From Candidatus Poribacteria bacterium (GTDB lineage: Bacteria; Poribacteria; WGA-4E; WGA-3G): DNA of 64,000 nucleotides. Where the stretch lies: the NCBI GenBank assembly GCA_965205025.1, contig CBDBFU010000007.1, forward strand, positions 166,705 to 230,704, read 5' to 3'. Under the pieces are notes generated by a model. The model was not told the DNA's origin and did no database searches. It saw only the letters and a program-made list of their open reading frames with translations. Every line of letters begins with the position of its first letter. The stretch's first letter is position 1. Shown here piece after piece: positions 9,574 to 20,323 of this stretch. Both the position numbers and the translations under genes were made by a program.

Positions 9574-12176
9574 TGAAGCCTATTCGCCAATTATCTGTTG
9601 TACCCACATTGCCTGAGAATCTTGAACCCTTACGTGAATTGGCAATGAACTTGTGGTGGACATGGGATAATGAAGCACTTAGTTTATTTAGACATCTTGA
9701 TTCTGACCTATGGGAAGAAACCTACCATAATCCCGTAGCAATGCTTGGAAGAATCTCCCAAGAACAGTTAGAAAACACTGCGAAGAATGATGTTTTTTTA
9801 GCACATCTTGATCTCATTTATAGCAAATTTAAAAACTACCTTAGTTCCCCTTCCTGGTTTGAGACATTTTCCGATGACAATATCCTATCAAATATAAGTA
9901 TAGCATATTTCTCAATGGAATTCGGACTCACAGAGTGCATGCCGCTTTACTCTGGAGGGTTAGGTGTCTTAGCAGGTGACCACCTGAAATCAACCAGCTA
10001 TCTTGGACTTCCGTTCGTTGGTGTAGGTTTACTCTACCAACACGGCTATTTTCGTCAAACGCTAACATCCGATGGTTGGCAGATGGCAGATTACCCTACT
10101 AATGACTTTTACAATATGCCTATAACTCCTGAATACACGGAGGACGGATCCGCGCTCTTGATTGAAGTAGAATATCCAGAGGGAAAAGCATACGCTAAAG
10201 TGTGGCGTGCTCAAGTGGGTCGTGTTTCTTTATATCTATTGGATACAAACATCCCTGAAAACGAAAATACCGATTTACGAGACATCACCGATTATCTATA
10301 CGGTGGTGATAAACGGATGCGTATCAAACAAGAGATTCTTCTCGGTATTGGAGGCTACCAAACACTAAGTAAACTCGGGATTACACCAACTGTTTGTCAT
10401 ATGAATGAGGGACATGCAGCTTTTTTAGCATTGGAACGAATTCGTCAATTTATGGATGAAAATGGTATCGGTTTTGACGAAGCAAGAGAAGCAACTTCAT
10501 CAGGTAATATTTTTACTACCCATACACCTGTTCCTGCGGGAATTGATTGGTTCCCACCCGAATTAGTAAAGCACTATTTCAAGATATACCACAGCAAATT
10601 AGGTATCTCAGAAGAGAAATTCCTCGGGTTAGGGAGAAAGAATCCATCCGATAATAGTAGTGAATTTAGTCCCGCATTGGTCGCTCTTCGACTGTCTACA
10701 ATGACAAATGGTGTGAGTCAATTACATGGACATGTGTCCAGAAATATGTGGAAAGATCTATGGCAGAACTATCCTGTTCATGAAGTTCCTATAAAAGCAA
10801 TTACAAATGGTATACATACACGATCCTGGGTTTCTGAAGATATGCAAAACCTGTTTGACAGGTATCTCGGTCCAAAGTGGATCGTTGATTTAACGAATCA
10901 AGATGTATGGACACAGGTATCAAAGATTCCAGATACCGAGTTATGGCGTACCCATGAACGAAGACGAGAACGCCTTATTGCTTTTGCCAGACAACGACAA
11001 AGTCAACTACGAAATAAAACTTCTGATCAGAAATTCGAAATACCGGACGCTGCAAAAGTACATAATACAGGAGCTAAAACACTAAATTCGGGAGCATTAA
11101 CTATCGGATTTGCAAGACGGTTTGCAACATACAAACGAGCAACACTACTGTTCAACGACCTCAATAGACTTGATAAGATCCTCAATGACCCTAATCGTCC
11201 TGTACAACTAATTTTTGCAGGAAAAGCACATCCACACGATCATGAAGGGAAGGTGTTAATTCAGAAAATCCATCGAATTTCATCTGATTCACGATTCCAG
11301 AATAAAATACTATTCATTGAGAATTACGATATCTGTGTGGGACGCTATCTGGTTGAAGGTGTTGATGTGTGGCTGAATACCCCATTACCCCCCAATGAAG
11401 CGAGTGGCACAAGCGGCATGAAAGCTGCAGCAAACGGGGCATTAAACCTGAGTATGGCTGATGGATGGTGGGCAGAAACCGAACACCTCGGTGGGGGATG
11501 GACTATTGAGGCTACTCCTGAAGCTGATGATGTGAAATCTGTTGATAAAGCACATGCAAACGCAATTTATGACCTACTTGAAAAAGAAGTCGTTCCGCTA
11601 TTTTATGATCGTCATCCAGTAGATGATATTCCGTATGGATGGGTCGCTAAAATGAAGACGGCCATGCAGAATTTAGCACCGGTGTTTAATACAAAACGGA
11701 TGGTAGCAGAATATGCGGAACGGCTTTATTTTCCAGCACATAAAAGATGGCACAAATTAAACGAGGATGGTGCACGTCGGAGTATCGCACTTGCAGATTG
11801 GAAAGCAAACATACGTAAACATTGGAGTAATTTAAGGGTTGAAGAAATGCTCCCAAAAGATCAGTTACAGAAGAAAGTCGCTCAACTCTCTGTTGGAGAA
11901 TCAATTTCTATCCAAGCAATAGTTTACACAGATGCTCTGTTTCCTAATGAATTTGCTGTTCAAATATATCATGGTGTAATGGATGCAACCAGTGAAATAC
12001 AAAATGGTGACATAACCCAGATGAAATACCGAGAAGACTTAGGTAGTGGAAAATACCTATTTGAAGGAACGCTCGTACTAAATCATACTGGTTTGCATGG
12101 GTATACACTAAGGGTTTTACCCTCCCACGAAAATTTACAATCTGTCTATGAACTTGGACTTGTGACCTGGGTATAA
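9573..12176 (+). CDS. glgP: Alpha-glucan (glycogen) phosphorylase
   Basis: YFSMEFG, YSGGLGVLAGD, HMNEGH, FARRFATYKR, EASGTSGMK (PLP Lys). Confidence 0.96.
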   Translation: MKPIRQLSVVPTLPENLEPLRELAMNLWWTWDNEALSLFRHLDSDLWEETYHNPVAMLGRISQEQLENTAKNDVFLAHLDLIYSKFKNYLSSPSWFETFSDDNILSNISIAYFSMEFGLTECMPLYSGGLGVLAGDHLKSTSYLGLPFVGVGLLYQHGYFRQTLTSDGWQMADYPTNDFYNMPITPEYTEDGSALLIEVEYPEGKAYAKVWRAQVGRVSLYLLDTNIPENENTDLRDITDYLYGGDKRMRIKQEILLGIGGYQTLSKLGITPTVCHMNEGHAAFLALERIRQFMDENGIGFDEAREATSSGNIFTTHTPVPAGIDWFPPELVKHYFKIYHSKLGISEEKFLGLGRKNPSDNSSEFSPALVALRLSTMTNGVSQLHGHVSRNMWKDLWQNYPVHEVPIKAITNGIHTRSWVSEDMQNLFDRYLGPKWIVDLTNQDVWTQVSKIPDTELWRTHERRRERLIAFARQRQSQLRNKTSDQKFEIPDAAKVHNTGAKTLNSGALTIGFARRFATYKRATLLFNDLNRLDKILNDPNRPVQLIFAGKAHPHDHEGKVLIQKIHRISSDSRFQNKILFIENYDICVGRYLVEGVDVWLNTPLPPNEASGTSGMKAAANGALNLSMADGWWAETEHLGGGWTIEATPEADDVKSVDKAHANAIYDLLEKEVVPLFYDRHPVDDIPYGWVAKMKTAMQNLAPVFNTKRMVAEYAERLYFPAHKRWHKLNEDGARRSIALADWKANIRKHWSNLRVEEMLPKDQLQKKVAQLSVGESISIQAIVYTDALFPNEFAVQIYHGVMDATSEIQNGDITQMKYREDLGSGKYLFEGTLVLNHTGLHGYTLRVLPSHENLQSVYELGLVTWV

Positions 12177-12347
12177 TTCATCAGATAACCAAGAAATTGA
12201 TTCCAACAATCCATTCAATCTATTTTATGTTACATAGAATCGTTAATGAGCGTATATTTATATAGATACTCGCTGATGGTAAATGCTGTGAGAAGAATAT
12301 CCAACTATTAATTCAACTTTTCTGGTACAACAGAAAGAAACACAGAT

Positions 12348-12935
12348 ATGGAAAGAAAAGCAGAAATAAAGCGTGAAACAAAAGAAACTAAAATTCGGAT
12401 TAAGCTCAACCTTGATGGGAACGGTATTTCTGATATCAACACAGGTGTGGGATTTCTGGATCACATGTTAGAACTTTTTGCAAAACATGGTTTTTTTGAT
12501 CTGGAAGTTGAGGCACAAGGTGATTTGCATATAGACGCTCACCATACGACGGAAGATGTCGGTATCTGTTTAGGACAAGCCTTTCAAGAAGCGGTGGGGG
12601 ACAAAGCGGGGATGAGACGGTTCGGTAGTTTTGTTGTTCCGATGTATGAATCTCTTGCAGAAGTTGATTTGGATATCTGTGGGCGTCCGTACTTGCACTA
12701 TAAAACACCTCTTGAATTCGGAAAAGTAGGTGAATTTGATATAGAACTTTCTGAAGAGTTTTTTCACGGTTTCGTGAATCATAGCGGTACAACACTACAC
12801 ATTAACGTTCCCTACGGTACAAATCAACATCACATCATTGAAGCGATTTTCAAGGCGGTTGCAAAAGCCTTAGATGTTGCCACACAGATTGATACCCGAA
12901 TCTCAGGCGTATTGTCCACTAAAGGGAGTCTATAA
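12348..12935 (+). CDS. hisB: Imidazoleglycerol-phosphate dehydratase
   Basis: [32 protein letters not shown]. Confidence 0.97.
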   Translation: MERKAEIKRETKETKIRIKLNLDGNGISDINTGVGFLDHMLELFAKHGFFDLEVEAQGDLHIDAHHTTEDVGICLGQAFQEAVGDKAGMRRFGSFVVPMYESLAEVDLDICGRPYLHYKTPLEFGKVGEFDIELSEEFFHGFVNHSGTTLHINVPYGTNQHHIIEAIFKAVAKALDVATQIDTRISGVLSTKGSL

Positions 12936-12986
12936 GAAATCACATCAACAGTTTGAGGATATATCTATTCGAAATTGGAGAAGTAA

Positions 12987-14279
12987 ATGAGTAATGGGAA
13001 CGTAATCGCAGTAATTTTAGGTGGTGGTAGAGGTACACGTTTATATCCATTAACACGAGATCGCGCAAAACCGAGTGTGCCGATTGCAGGAAAATTTAGA
13101 CTCGTTGATATTCCGATAAGCAACTGTCTCCATTCCGGTTTAGAACGCATATATGTCTTAACGCAGTTTAATTCTGTCTCCTTAAACCGGCATATTGCAC
13201 AAGCCTACCGTTTCGATACCTACCGTCGGGGATTTGTTCAGATTTTAGCTGCACAACAAACACTTATGGGAGATGAATGGTATCAGGGAACTGCAGATGC
13301 AATTAAGCACAACCAACCTTATATTCTTAATCCAAGATTCCCAGATAATTATGTTCTCATCCTTGCTGGTGATCATCTGTATAGGATGGATTATCGGAAG
13401 ATGTTGGCTGTTCACACTGAAACCAATGCAGACATCACCGTTTCTGTTATCCCCGTGAAGAAAGAGGTGACAAGCGGTCTTGGAATTTTACAGGCGGATG
13501 AAAATGGACGTATTATTGATTTCGTGGAAAAACCACAAAATGAAGAAGACTTGCACCGTCTTAAGGTCAACCCGGAGGTGTTTTCCTCGCGTGGAATCGA
13601 ACCGCAAGGAAGAGAATACATCGCTTCTATGGGGATTTATATCTTTAACCGTGATAAGCTTCAAGAGGTCCTACAAGACGAATCAAATGTTGACTTTGGT
13701 CGTGATATAATTCCGAAAAGTATAAAGTCTTGTCAAGTATCAGCATATTTTTTCGATGGTTACTGGGAAGATATTGGAACTATCCGTTCCTTTTATTCTG
13801 CCAATATTGCACTCACGGATGTCTCACCCGATTTCAATTTTTATGACGAACATGCCCCTATATATACCAACCGACGCCATTTACCCAGCACAAAAGTTAA
13901 TAGTAGTAGTGTCCGTTCCTCTATTCTTGCTGAGGGATCTATTATAGATGATTCTGAATTGGATAGGACTATCGTTGGAATTCGGAGTATTATCTCAAGT
14001 GGCAGCCGAATTTACCAATCTGTACTGATGGGGGCAGATTACTATGAATCTGATGCACAGCGTGCAGAAAATGCAAAGTCCGGACAGCCAAATGTTGGGA
14101 TCGGCAGTAAATGTCTAATTCAGAATGCAATTATTGACAAAAATGCACGAATTGGTAATAATGCTGTGATAGCGAATACAAAAAACCTTGACAATCACGA
14201 TTCAGATAACTATTATATTCGAGACGGTATTGTCATTGTTCCTAAAGACGCTACAATACCACCTGATACAGTAATTTAA
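12987..14279 (+). CDS. glgC: Glucose-1-phosphate adenylyltransferase
   Basis: GGGRGTRLYPLT..RAKPSVP, WYQGTADA, GDHLYRMDY, FVEKP, YWEDIGT. Confidence 0.97.
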   Translation: MSNGNVIAVILGGGRGTRLYPLTRDRAKPSVPIAGKFRLVDIPISNCLHSGLERIYVLTQFNSVSLNRHIAQAYRFDTYRRGFVQILAAQQTLMGDEWYQGTADAIKHNQPYILNPRFPDNYVLILAGDHLYRMDYRKMLAVHTETNADITVSVIPVKKEVTSGLGILQADENGRIIDFVEKPQNEEDLHRLKVNPEVFSSRGIEPQGREYIASMGIYIFNRDKLQEVLQDESNVDFGRDIIPKSIKSCQVSAYFFDGYWEDIGTIRSFYSANIALTDVSPDFNFYDEHAPIYTNRRHLPSTKVNSSSVRSSILAEGSIIDDSELDRTIVGIRSIISSGSRIYQSVLMGADYYESDAQRAENAKSGQPNVGIGSKCLIQNAIIDKNARIGNNAVIANTKNLDNHDSDNYYIRDGIVIVPKDATIPPDTVI

Positions 14280-14340
14280 TTACAAGCTCAGACAATAAAG
14301 ACTTAACAGCAATAACACTTTTCGATGAGGTGAATATAAT

Positions 14341-15111
14341 ATGTATAAAGTATTATCTCTGTTATTTTTATCTATCTTGTTTATCATACCACAAACATTT
14401 GCATTGGATTCAGAAGGGTTGGTCGGAGCATGGTTGATGGATGATGGAAAAGGAGAAGCAGTCACTGATTCTTCAGATAACGGCTTAGATGGAAAAATAG
14501 CAAAAGGAAACCCAAAATGGGTAAAAGGAAAATATGGCGGTGCAATGGAATTTGGTGGAACAGATATGGTAACTATTGATGATAACGCTGCCCTTGACCT
14601 AAAATCCTTCACGCTTTCAGCCTGGATAAATATACCAAAAATTTCGGGGGTATGGCAAATAATCGCTTCAAAAGAAAATCGCGGACCTACAGGTAGAAAC
14701 TATGGTTTATTCGGTCATGTTAACACTGGTGTAATCCATTATTCCTTTACAACTGGTGGTTGGAAGTCTTTTGACGCAAAAACCGTTGTGACAGATGGCA
14801 ATTGGCATCATATTGCTACAACCTATGAAAAACCTGATTTTAAGCTCTACTTAGATGGAAAAGTAGATGCACAAGTAGCACCTGGTACCGATCCTGATAA
14901 CCATGATAATTTCCTCTTTATCGGAGGATGCGACATTGGGAATTATTGGATGACAGGCACTATTGATGAGGTTGTCCTATATGATAGAGCTCTTAGTGAG
15001 GCAGAAATTAACGAATTAATGGACAACGGAATATCTGCTGCTCTGGATGTTAAACCCGGTGGTAAATTGGTGTCAACATGGGGACACATAAAAAACAGAA
15101 CAATCTGGTAA
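14341..15111 (+). CDS. Secreted LamG/ConA-like domain protein
   Basis: Signal peptide; WHHIATTY, GTIDEVVLYDRALS; C-terminal VKPGGKLVSTWGHIK tail. Confidence 0.88.
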   Translation: MYKVLSLLFLSILFIIPQTFALDSEGLVGAWLMDDGKGEAVTDSSDNGLDGKIAKGNPKWVKGKYGGAMEFGGTDMVTIDDNAALDLKSFTLSAWINIPKISGVWQIIASKENRGPTGRNYGLFGHVNTGVIHYSFTTGGWKSFDAKTVVTDGNWHHIATTYEKPDFKLYLDGKVDAQVAPGTDPDNHDNFLFIGGCDIGNYWMTGTIDEVVLYDRALSEAEINELMDNGISAALDVKPGGKLVSTWGHIKNRTIW

Positions 15112-15250
15112 ACTCTAAGATTAGTATTCTCTACTAATTCTACCGAATACACAAACAACATCTTATGACTTCAACTTTTTGAGATATTTCAGGTCAAACG
15201 AACAAAGAAAATAACATTCTGCTTGTATTGATGAAAGGCAGACATTAACT

Positions 15251-15526
15251 ATGGCTGAATTAAGACAGCAGCTCCTGGTTTTACATTTACACACACCTGA
15301 CCTTAATAGCCACGTGGTTGCATGGGCGATGTATGATGGCACGGGTGATAAACGGTATACTACTGGTGATAGCGAATCTCCACCCTATAACTCTGTGATA
15401 GAAGCAATGCAGGATGGTTGGCGGGTTATTCAGTTTCCACAACAATTTCCAGCATTTCCTGGGATGGAGTATCATACTTCATATCTAAGATTTGAATATA
15501 TCTTAGAGAAATTGGAGGAAATATAA
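15251..15526 (+). CDS. Hypothetical protein coupled to PhyH gene
   Basis: 91-aa ORF whose stop overlaps the next start (TAATG). Confidence 0.75.
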   Translation: MAELRQQLLVLHLHTPDLNSHVVAWAMYDGTGDKRYTTGDSESPPYNSVIEAMQDGWRVIQFPQQFPAFPGMEYHTSYLRFEYILEKLEEI

Positions 15527-16344
15527 TGGTTGACAAACAGTATCTACTTACCACAGAACAGGTGGCTAATTTCGCTGCCGATGGGTTTATTCGTTTTGAT
15601 GATTTTATTCCTGAGGAGTATAATAAAGCTGCTCATGCAGAAATGGAATCCGGCGTAAGAACAAGAGGTGGCGGTGGAACGGTTTTAGATGATGTATGGG
15701 ATGACGAATCTGCTGTTGGTAAGGTCTTTCGTTTACCACAGGTTCAAGGTATTATCGAAAGCCTTGTCGGTGAAAATCCTTTATATGATCATCATGCTGT
15801 TCATATTGTCCGTCCTAACAGTGAACATGGACAGATTTGGCACGCAGATGCAATTATAGATCTTCGTATGCACTTTGACATACAATTCTTCTATTTTTCA
15901 CACGACACACCTCGGGAAATGGGGGGTACTATGATCTTACCGGGGAGTCATTTCAGACGTGTTTGTGAAACTGATGTAGCGCGATATCAGAACTTTCTCG
16001 GTCAACATCCTATCGTTTGTGATGCGGGGACACTGGTTGTTGTACATCATGGAATGTGGCATTGTGCACAACCCAATTTGACGGATGAAACCCGTTATAT
16101 GTTCAAACTACGCCTAAATCCAACAGTCCGTCAAATGAAACTATGGAATACCGATGATATTGATGCGCCAGGAATAAGAGGTATTTTAAGTCGAAATCAT
16201 AGATGGTATGGCAATGATGTCCGTCTTGAAATCGTTAACAGGATCAAGTTTTGGCGTTTCCTTATCGGTGATGAAAACTATGATGTCGGTTATTGGCTAT
16301 CTCGTCTTGAGAATTTACCTGAAAATGTACCGAATGTAGCGTAG
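15526..16344 (+). CDS. PhyH-family dioxygenase
   Basis: Canonical WHAD (HxD), GGTMILPGSH, distal WH. Confidence 0.88.
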   Translation: MVDKQYLLTTEQVANFAADGFIRFDDFIPEEYNKAAHAEMESGVRTRGGGGTVLDDVWDDESAVGKVFRLPQVQGIIESLVGENPLYDHHAVHIVRPNSEHGQIWHADAIIDLRMHFDIQFFYFSHDTPREMGGTMILPGSHFRRVCETDVARYQNFLGQHPIVCDAGTLVVVHHGMWHCAQPNLTDETRYMFKLRLNPTVRQMKLWNTDDIDAPGIRGILSRNHRWYGNDVRLEIVNRIKFWRFLIGDENYDVGYWLSRLENLPENVPNVA

Positions 16345-16385
16345 TTTCAGTATCATTGTAATATAACAATCACAATTTGTAACAG

Positions 16386-16424
16386 AATCCCCCACAAGAA
16401 TCTGCAGTTCTTGTGGGGGATTTT
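16386..16424 (+). terminator. Intrinsic terminator
   Basis: AATCCCCCACAAGAA/TTCTTGTGGGGGATT stem followed by T run, between convergent genes. Confidence 0.75.
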
Positions 16425-16430
16425 ATGTTA

Positions 16431-16556
16431 TACCATTTCTATAAATGATTCTCCCATGATTAGGTGATATTTATGTCTTGAAATACTGCACAAACTGGAA
16501 GTTTGTGCTACATTAAAGAGATTTTATTAATGGGACTTTAATTATCAGAAATGGTA
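16431..16556. mobile_element. MITE, TACC family (uninterrupted copy)
   Basis: TIR TACCATTTCT/AGAAATGGTA, TTA on both sides, internal CACAAACT-gga-AGTTTGTG hairpin. Confidence 0.8.
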
Positions 16557-16607
16557 TTAGTTTGAATTAGGAAACAGTTTATAGTTTAGACACAATCTGG
16601 AATGTCT

Positions 16608-17426
16608 TTATTTAACCCATTCTATTGTAACCTTTCCTGATGATTTCATAAGTTTATCCTTGAGTTCTTTCTCAATAACAATCATCTGATCTTTAGATAA
16701 ACTTTTAAATTCCTTTCCGGCATTTTTTATAGTTGCTTTTAAATTCTTCTGATTTGCCTTACTTACGTTATTTTTCTTTGATATATTGCTATATCCTGTT
16801 CTTTTAGTCGCAACAGATGACTTACCATTATTGTCATCCCTGTTTTCATAATTTCCCGATCGATTCTGTCTACGGGATGAACTACCACCTGTTTTGAGAA
16901 ACTCAATATCCTTACTTCTGAGAGTGATAGTATCACCATTCTTGTCTAAAACAATCTTCTTTTCTTGTATTTCTTTTATGACCATATCTCCGACGTTCTC
17001 ACCAATCCTAACTGTATGAAATGCATCTGAACGTCTTTCCAATACATACGCCTTAGAATGAATACCTAACGGGTCAATAGCAGTTCCAAGTAACGTATAC
17101 TCAGGTTCTTTATTCGGTGGTTTCCATCCGAGAGGTCGAAAGAGGTTATTATTAATGATTACCTGATAGAAATCCGAATTAACATTAGTATTCTTATTAT
17201 TATAATTCGATTGTGGACGCCATTTTGGAGAAAGTTGGAAATTCTTAATTTGTCCTGTGTTAGTAGTGAACATAGGATTAATTGCTGCTACTTTGACATC
17301 ATTCAATCCAGTCTTTTTCAATGTGTTTTTTGCATGAAGTTTTAACCCGAATACAAAGAGAAAACCTATCATACAACAGAAACCTAATAGGCTAAGCATT
17401 TTTAGAAATTTAATATTGTATTTCAT
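16608..17426 (-). CDS. Membrane-anchored protein with GspC/PilP-like domain (paralog 2)
   Basis: N-terminal TM; NNLFRPLGW, Y.LLGT, IGE.VGD..IKEI..KKIVL..NG pattern. Confidence 0.6.
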   Translation of the reverse strand: MKYNIKFLKMLSLLGFCCMIGFLFVFGLKLHAKNTLKKTGLNDVKVAAINPMFTTNTGQIKNFQLSPKWRPQSNYNNKNTNVNSDFYQVIINNNLFRPLGWKPPNKEPEYTLLGTAIDPLGIHSKAYVLERRSDAFHTVRIGENVGDMVIKEIQEKKIVLDKNGDTITLRSKDIEFLKTGGSSSRRQNRSGNYENRDDNNGKSSVATKRTGYSNISKKNNVSKANQKNLKATIKNAGKEFKSLSKDQMIVIEKELKDKLMKSSGKVTIEWVK

Positions 17427-17521
17427 AATTATGGTAATGCAATAAACCACACAAGAATATATAATAAAGCCTTGTGTGGTTCATATTAATAGATTAGATA
17501 AGATATTAGATGGAAGGTTTC

Positions 17522-18346
17522 TTAACGACCTCCGCGTCTGCCTCTGCTTCCAGCTCTCTCACGGAATTGCTGCATCATTCTCATCCGTTGTTCGGATGAA
17601 GCACTTTGAAACCTTCTTCGCATTTCAGATGCTCTTGCTTCCATTTCTCTTCTATTTCTTTCTCGTTCAGCTGCTTCTCTATCCCTATTATTGTTTCTTT
17701 CTTCATTCGCTTCTTTATTTTCTTCACTTTCATTCCTATTTCCTCTGGAACTTCCGCGATTTGAACTCCCCTTACTAAGAAACTGAAGGTTTCCACGCCT
17801 GAGAGTGATAGTCTCTCCATCTTTATCTAAGATTATCTCTTTCTCTTTGATTTCTTTAATTATCGCGCCTCCAACTTCATCTCCTACACTCCCAGTGTAA
17901 GTACGGTTTGAACGTTTTTCTAACACAGAAGCTTCAGATTTCTTCGTCCCATTTGTAGAAATGGAAGTGTGAACGAATGAGTATTGGGGTTCTTTATTGG
18001 GAGGTCTCCAACCGAGTGGTCTAAATAGACTATTATCAATTATTACCTGATAAAATGAGGAATTTTCACCAGAATCATTATTTCGGGTTCGAGACTGTCC
18101 ACCCCATCTTGATGCTTGTTGACGATCCTCTGTACCTCTATTTTGTCTTTGGCTACGGTTTGCTAAATTCGCTTTAATATCCTCTATGTTTATATTTTTT
18201 CCATCTATTTTTGTAGCAATATTACCATCTTTATTCTGTGCTTGCAGCTTTACCCCATAGAAAAGCAGTAGACCTGAAACAGAAATAATTCCTAAAATAA
18301 TGAGGATTCTTGAAATTTTCACTATATTCTCCTTATTTTCAGGCAC
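17522..18346 (-). CDS. Membrane-anchored protein with GspC/PilP-like domain (paralog 1), Arg/Glu-rich tail
   Basis: Shares FYQVII.N.LFRPLGW.PPNKEP.Y core with its neighbour. Confidence 0.6.
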   Translation of the reverse strand: MPENKENIVKISRILIILGIISVSGLLLFYGVKLQAQNKDGNIATKIDGKNINIEDIKANLANRSQRQNRGTEDRQQASRWGGQSRTRNNDSGENSSFYQVIIDNSLFRPLGWRPPNKEPQYSFVHTSISTNGTKKSEASVLEKRSNRTYTGSVGDEVGGAIIKEIKEKEIILDKDGETITLRRGNLQFLSKGSSNRGSSRGNRNESEENKEANEERNNNRDREAAERERNRREMEARASEMRRRFQSASSEQRMRMMQQFRERAGSRGRRGGR

Positions 18347-18803
18347 GTGGACCGAGACAATTCCTCAATAATACATCTTATATATCTTATAGGTGGTTAG
18401 ACTAATTATAGGTGAAAAGGTTCAGTTTTTCTTATTATAACATTACTCTTACCACAAATTTTAACATTATAATTCGCCAATGTCAAATTTGTAACCTATC
18501 ATAGGGTGCGTAAAGTTTTTGTCACTAAACATTATGCTGCTATTGTATCTGGATACCCAATATTTATCTCAAGTATCATCTTTAGTATTCATCTCAACCC
18601 CAGTTATGTTAGATGTATGGATACTGTGTATTGTAAAAAACTGTTAATATTTGACGTCTTGATTTTTATTCACTTTCACGGAAACCTTCACGGAGCAATT
18701 CTACGAAGCCTTATTCTATAAGGGTTTATAATTAAAGTATACCAATTCTCCGTGAATCACATACGTTAACATTATTATTACTCAAGTCTGTATTAAGTAC
18801 TTA

Positions 18804-19203
18804 TACCATTTCTATAAATGATTCTCCCATGTTAGGTGATATTTACGTCTTGAAATACTACACAAACTGGATGAAGATTAATATATTAATTCGGTATTAT
18901 ACGGGTTATCGGTATTATACTGCTTAAGGATACACCTTTCGCCCCGCAAATCAACGGTATGAATGCCTTATGGCATTCACCGGGGCTTAGAATATTGGAG
19001 ATAACGACTTCAATACACATTCCGTCCCTACGGGACTCAATTATGTGGATATGTACCTTTGCTATAGACATTCCGTCCCTACGGGACTCAATACCAACCA
19101 AGTCTGGAGGTATTAGAATTACCGATTTTAAAAGTTAATCTTCATGAAGTTTGTGCTACATTAAAGAGATTTTTGTAATGGGACTTTAATTACCAAAATA
19201 GTA
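18804..19203. mobile_element. MITE, TACC family (interrupted copy)
   Basis: Near-identical to 16431-16556 apart from a central insertion; TTA flanks. Confidence 0.8.
18871..19145. mobile_element. IS630-derived MITE (ATGAAG ends) carrying REP cluster
   Basis: Ends ATGAAGATTAATATATTAATTCGGTA / TTACCGATTTTAAAAGTTAATCTTCAT resemble the TIR of the IS at 43124. Confidence 0.85.
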
Positions 19204-19233
19204 TTATATGTTTTTCATACGAAGTGTATTGGC

Positions 19234-19304
19234 ACATAGCACTCCGCTGGAGTGCGAGCCTGTTCCGATATTGTTTTCTATAGACATAGTACTCCGCTGG
19301 AGTA
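19234..19304 (+). repeat. REP-like pair CATAGCACTCCGCTGGAGTGC
   Basis: Two hairpins; related copies at 20324-20392 and inverted at 20466-20533. Confidence 0.7.
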
Positions 19305-20323
19305 CGGTATTTTTGATATAGAAAACTCCAAAAAATAGACTTATCATTAGATTCTCAGTTTCCCTGAAATAGAATTGTCAAAATTATAGTAGTGAAGACT
19401 AAGCTGTAAATCTCGAAATTCAGACTGGATAAATTGGCCTTGAGATTTCATTAGTGTTAAGTAAAAGTGACAATTACTTTACACACCCACCTATCATAGG
19501 GTGCGTAAAGTTTTTGGCATGAATATTACGGAATCATAGGGTTCTTTTTTCCATGTATTATATTGAACCGAGGGTAATTTTGCTGTTTTTGATGTTCACA
19601 ATAGTAATATTTTAGTTATTTATATGTTGAACAAAGTTACACTTTTTGTCACATGGTGTGACATTGGTAAAACCCCTCTCCCATCAGTACTACACTGGAT
19701 TTAGAGCCACTTTTTTAAGGTCACAAGAATTTGTTAAAATTATAAAGTGGGGTTGAATTTTGTGTCTTTTACTTTTCTTTTGATCCATTGATTTAGGATT
19801 GTTTGAATGTGAAGTTTCTTATCCATCCATTTTGACATGGTATTAGAATATATTTGATAAATCATAGATTTGGAGGATTCTTTGTACGTGCCATTTGCTA
19901 TATTTTGAACTAACGGACGGGGAAACACCAATTCTATGAAGAGAATTATATCTGTATGGACGATTCGTAGTAATGAGATACACTGTAGTTTACTGTTGTG
20001 CATGATAGTCTGTTTTGTTTGAAGTAGGTCTAATTTTTAGTTTTTCAAGTTTTTTTAGTTTTTCAAGTTTTTTTAGTTGCTTTTTAAGAAATGATTTTTT
20101 AATGAGCCGAAAACCCTGTTGGGGGGTTGGGATAACAAAGGATTTTATTAATAGGTGTAAAATATTAAAATTTGAAAAACTAAAAAAATATTCGGTTGAA
20201 TTCGCATTGATTTTCCTCTGTATCTGCTTATGGGGTGATAATTCTGAATGTTTTCGTTGTAATTCTAACATGGATTTTCCTATTTCCCAGATAGTGGATT
20301 TGACTGAAAATCAGACACCTTTA

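Larger units (their letters stand above)
18504..19488. mobile_element. Non-autonomous element with IS256-like ends carrying nested MITEs
   Basis: TIR GGGTGCGTAAAGTTTTTGTCACT vs GGGTGTGTAAAGTAATTGTCACT; 10-bp direct repeat ACCTATCATA at 18494-18503 and 19489-19498; further left ends at 19499, ~25246, ~28727. Confidence 0.72.

Noticed and set aside
18948-18982. 35-bp element as sequencing adapter contamination
   Set aside because: Copies vary with compensatory stem changes, are confined to intergenic repeats and are themselves interrupted by an IS and a MITE; read-level confirmation is still advisable
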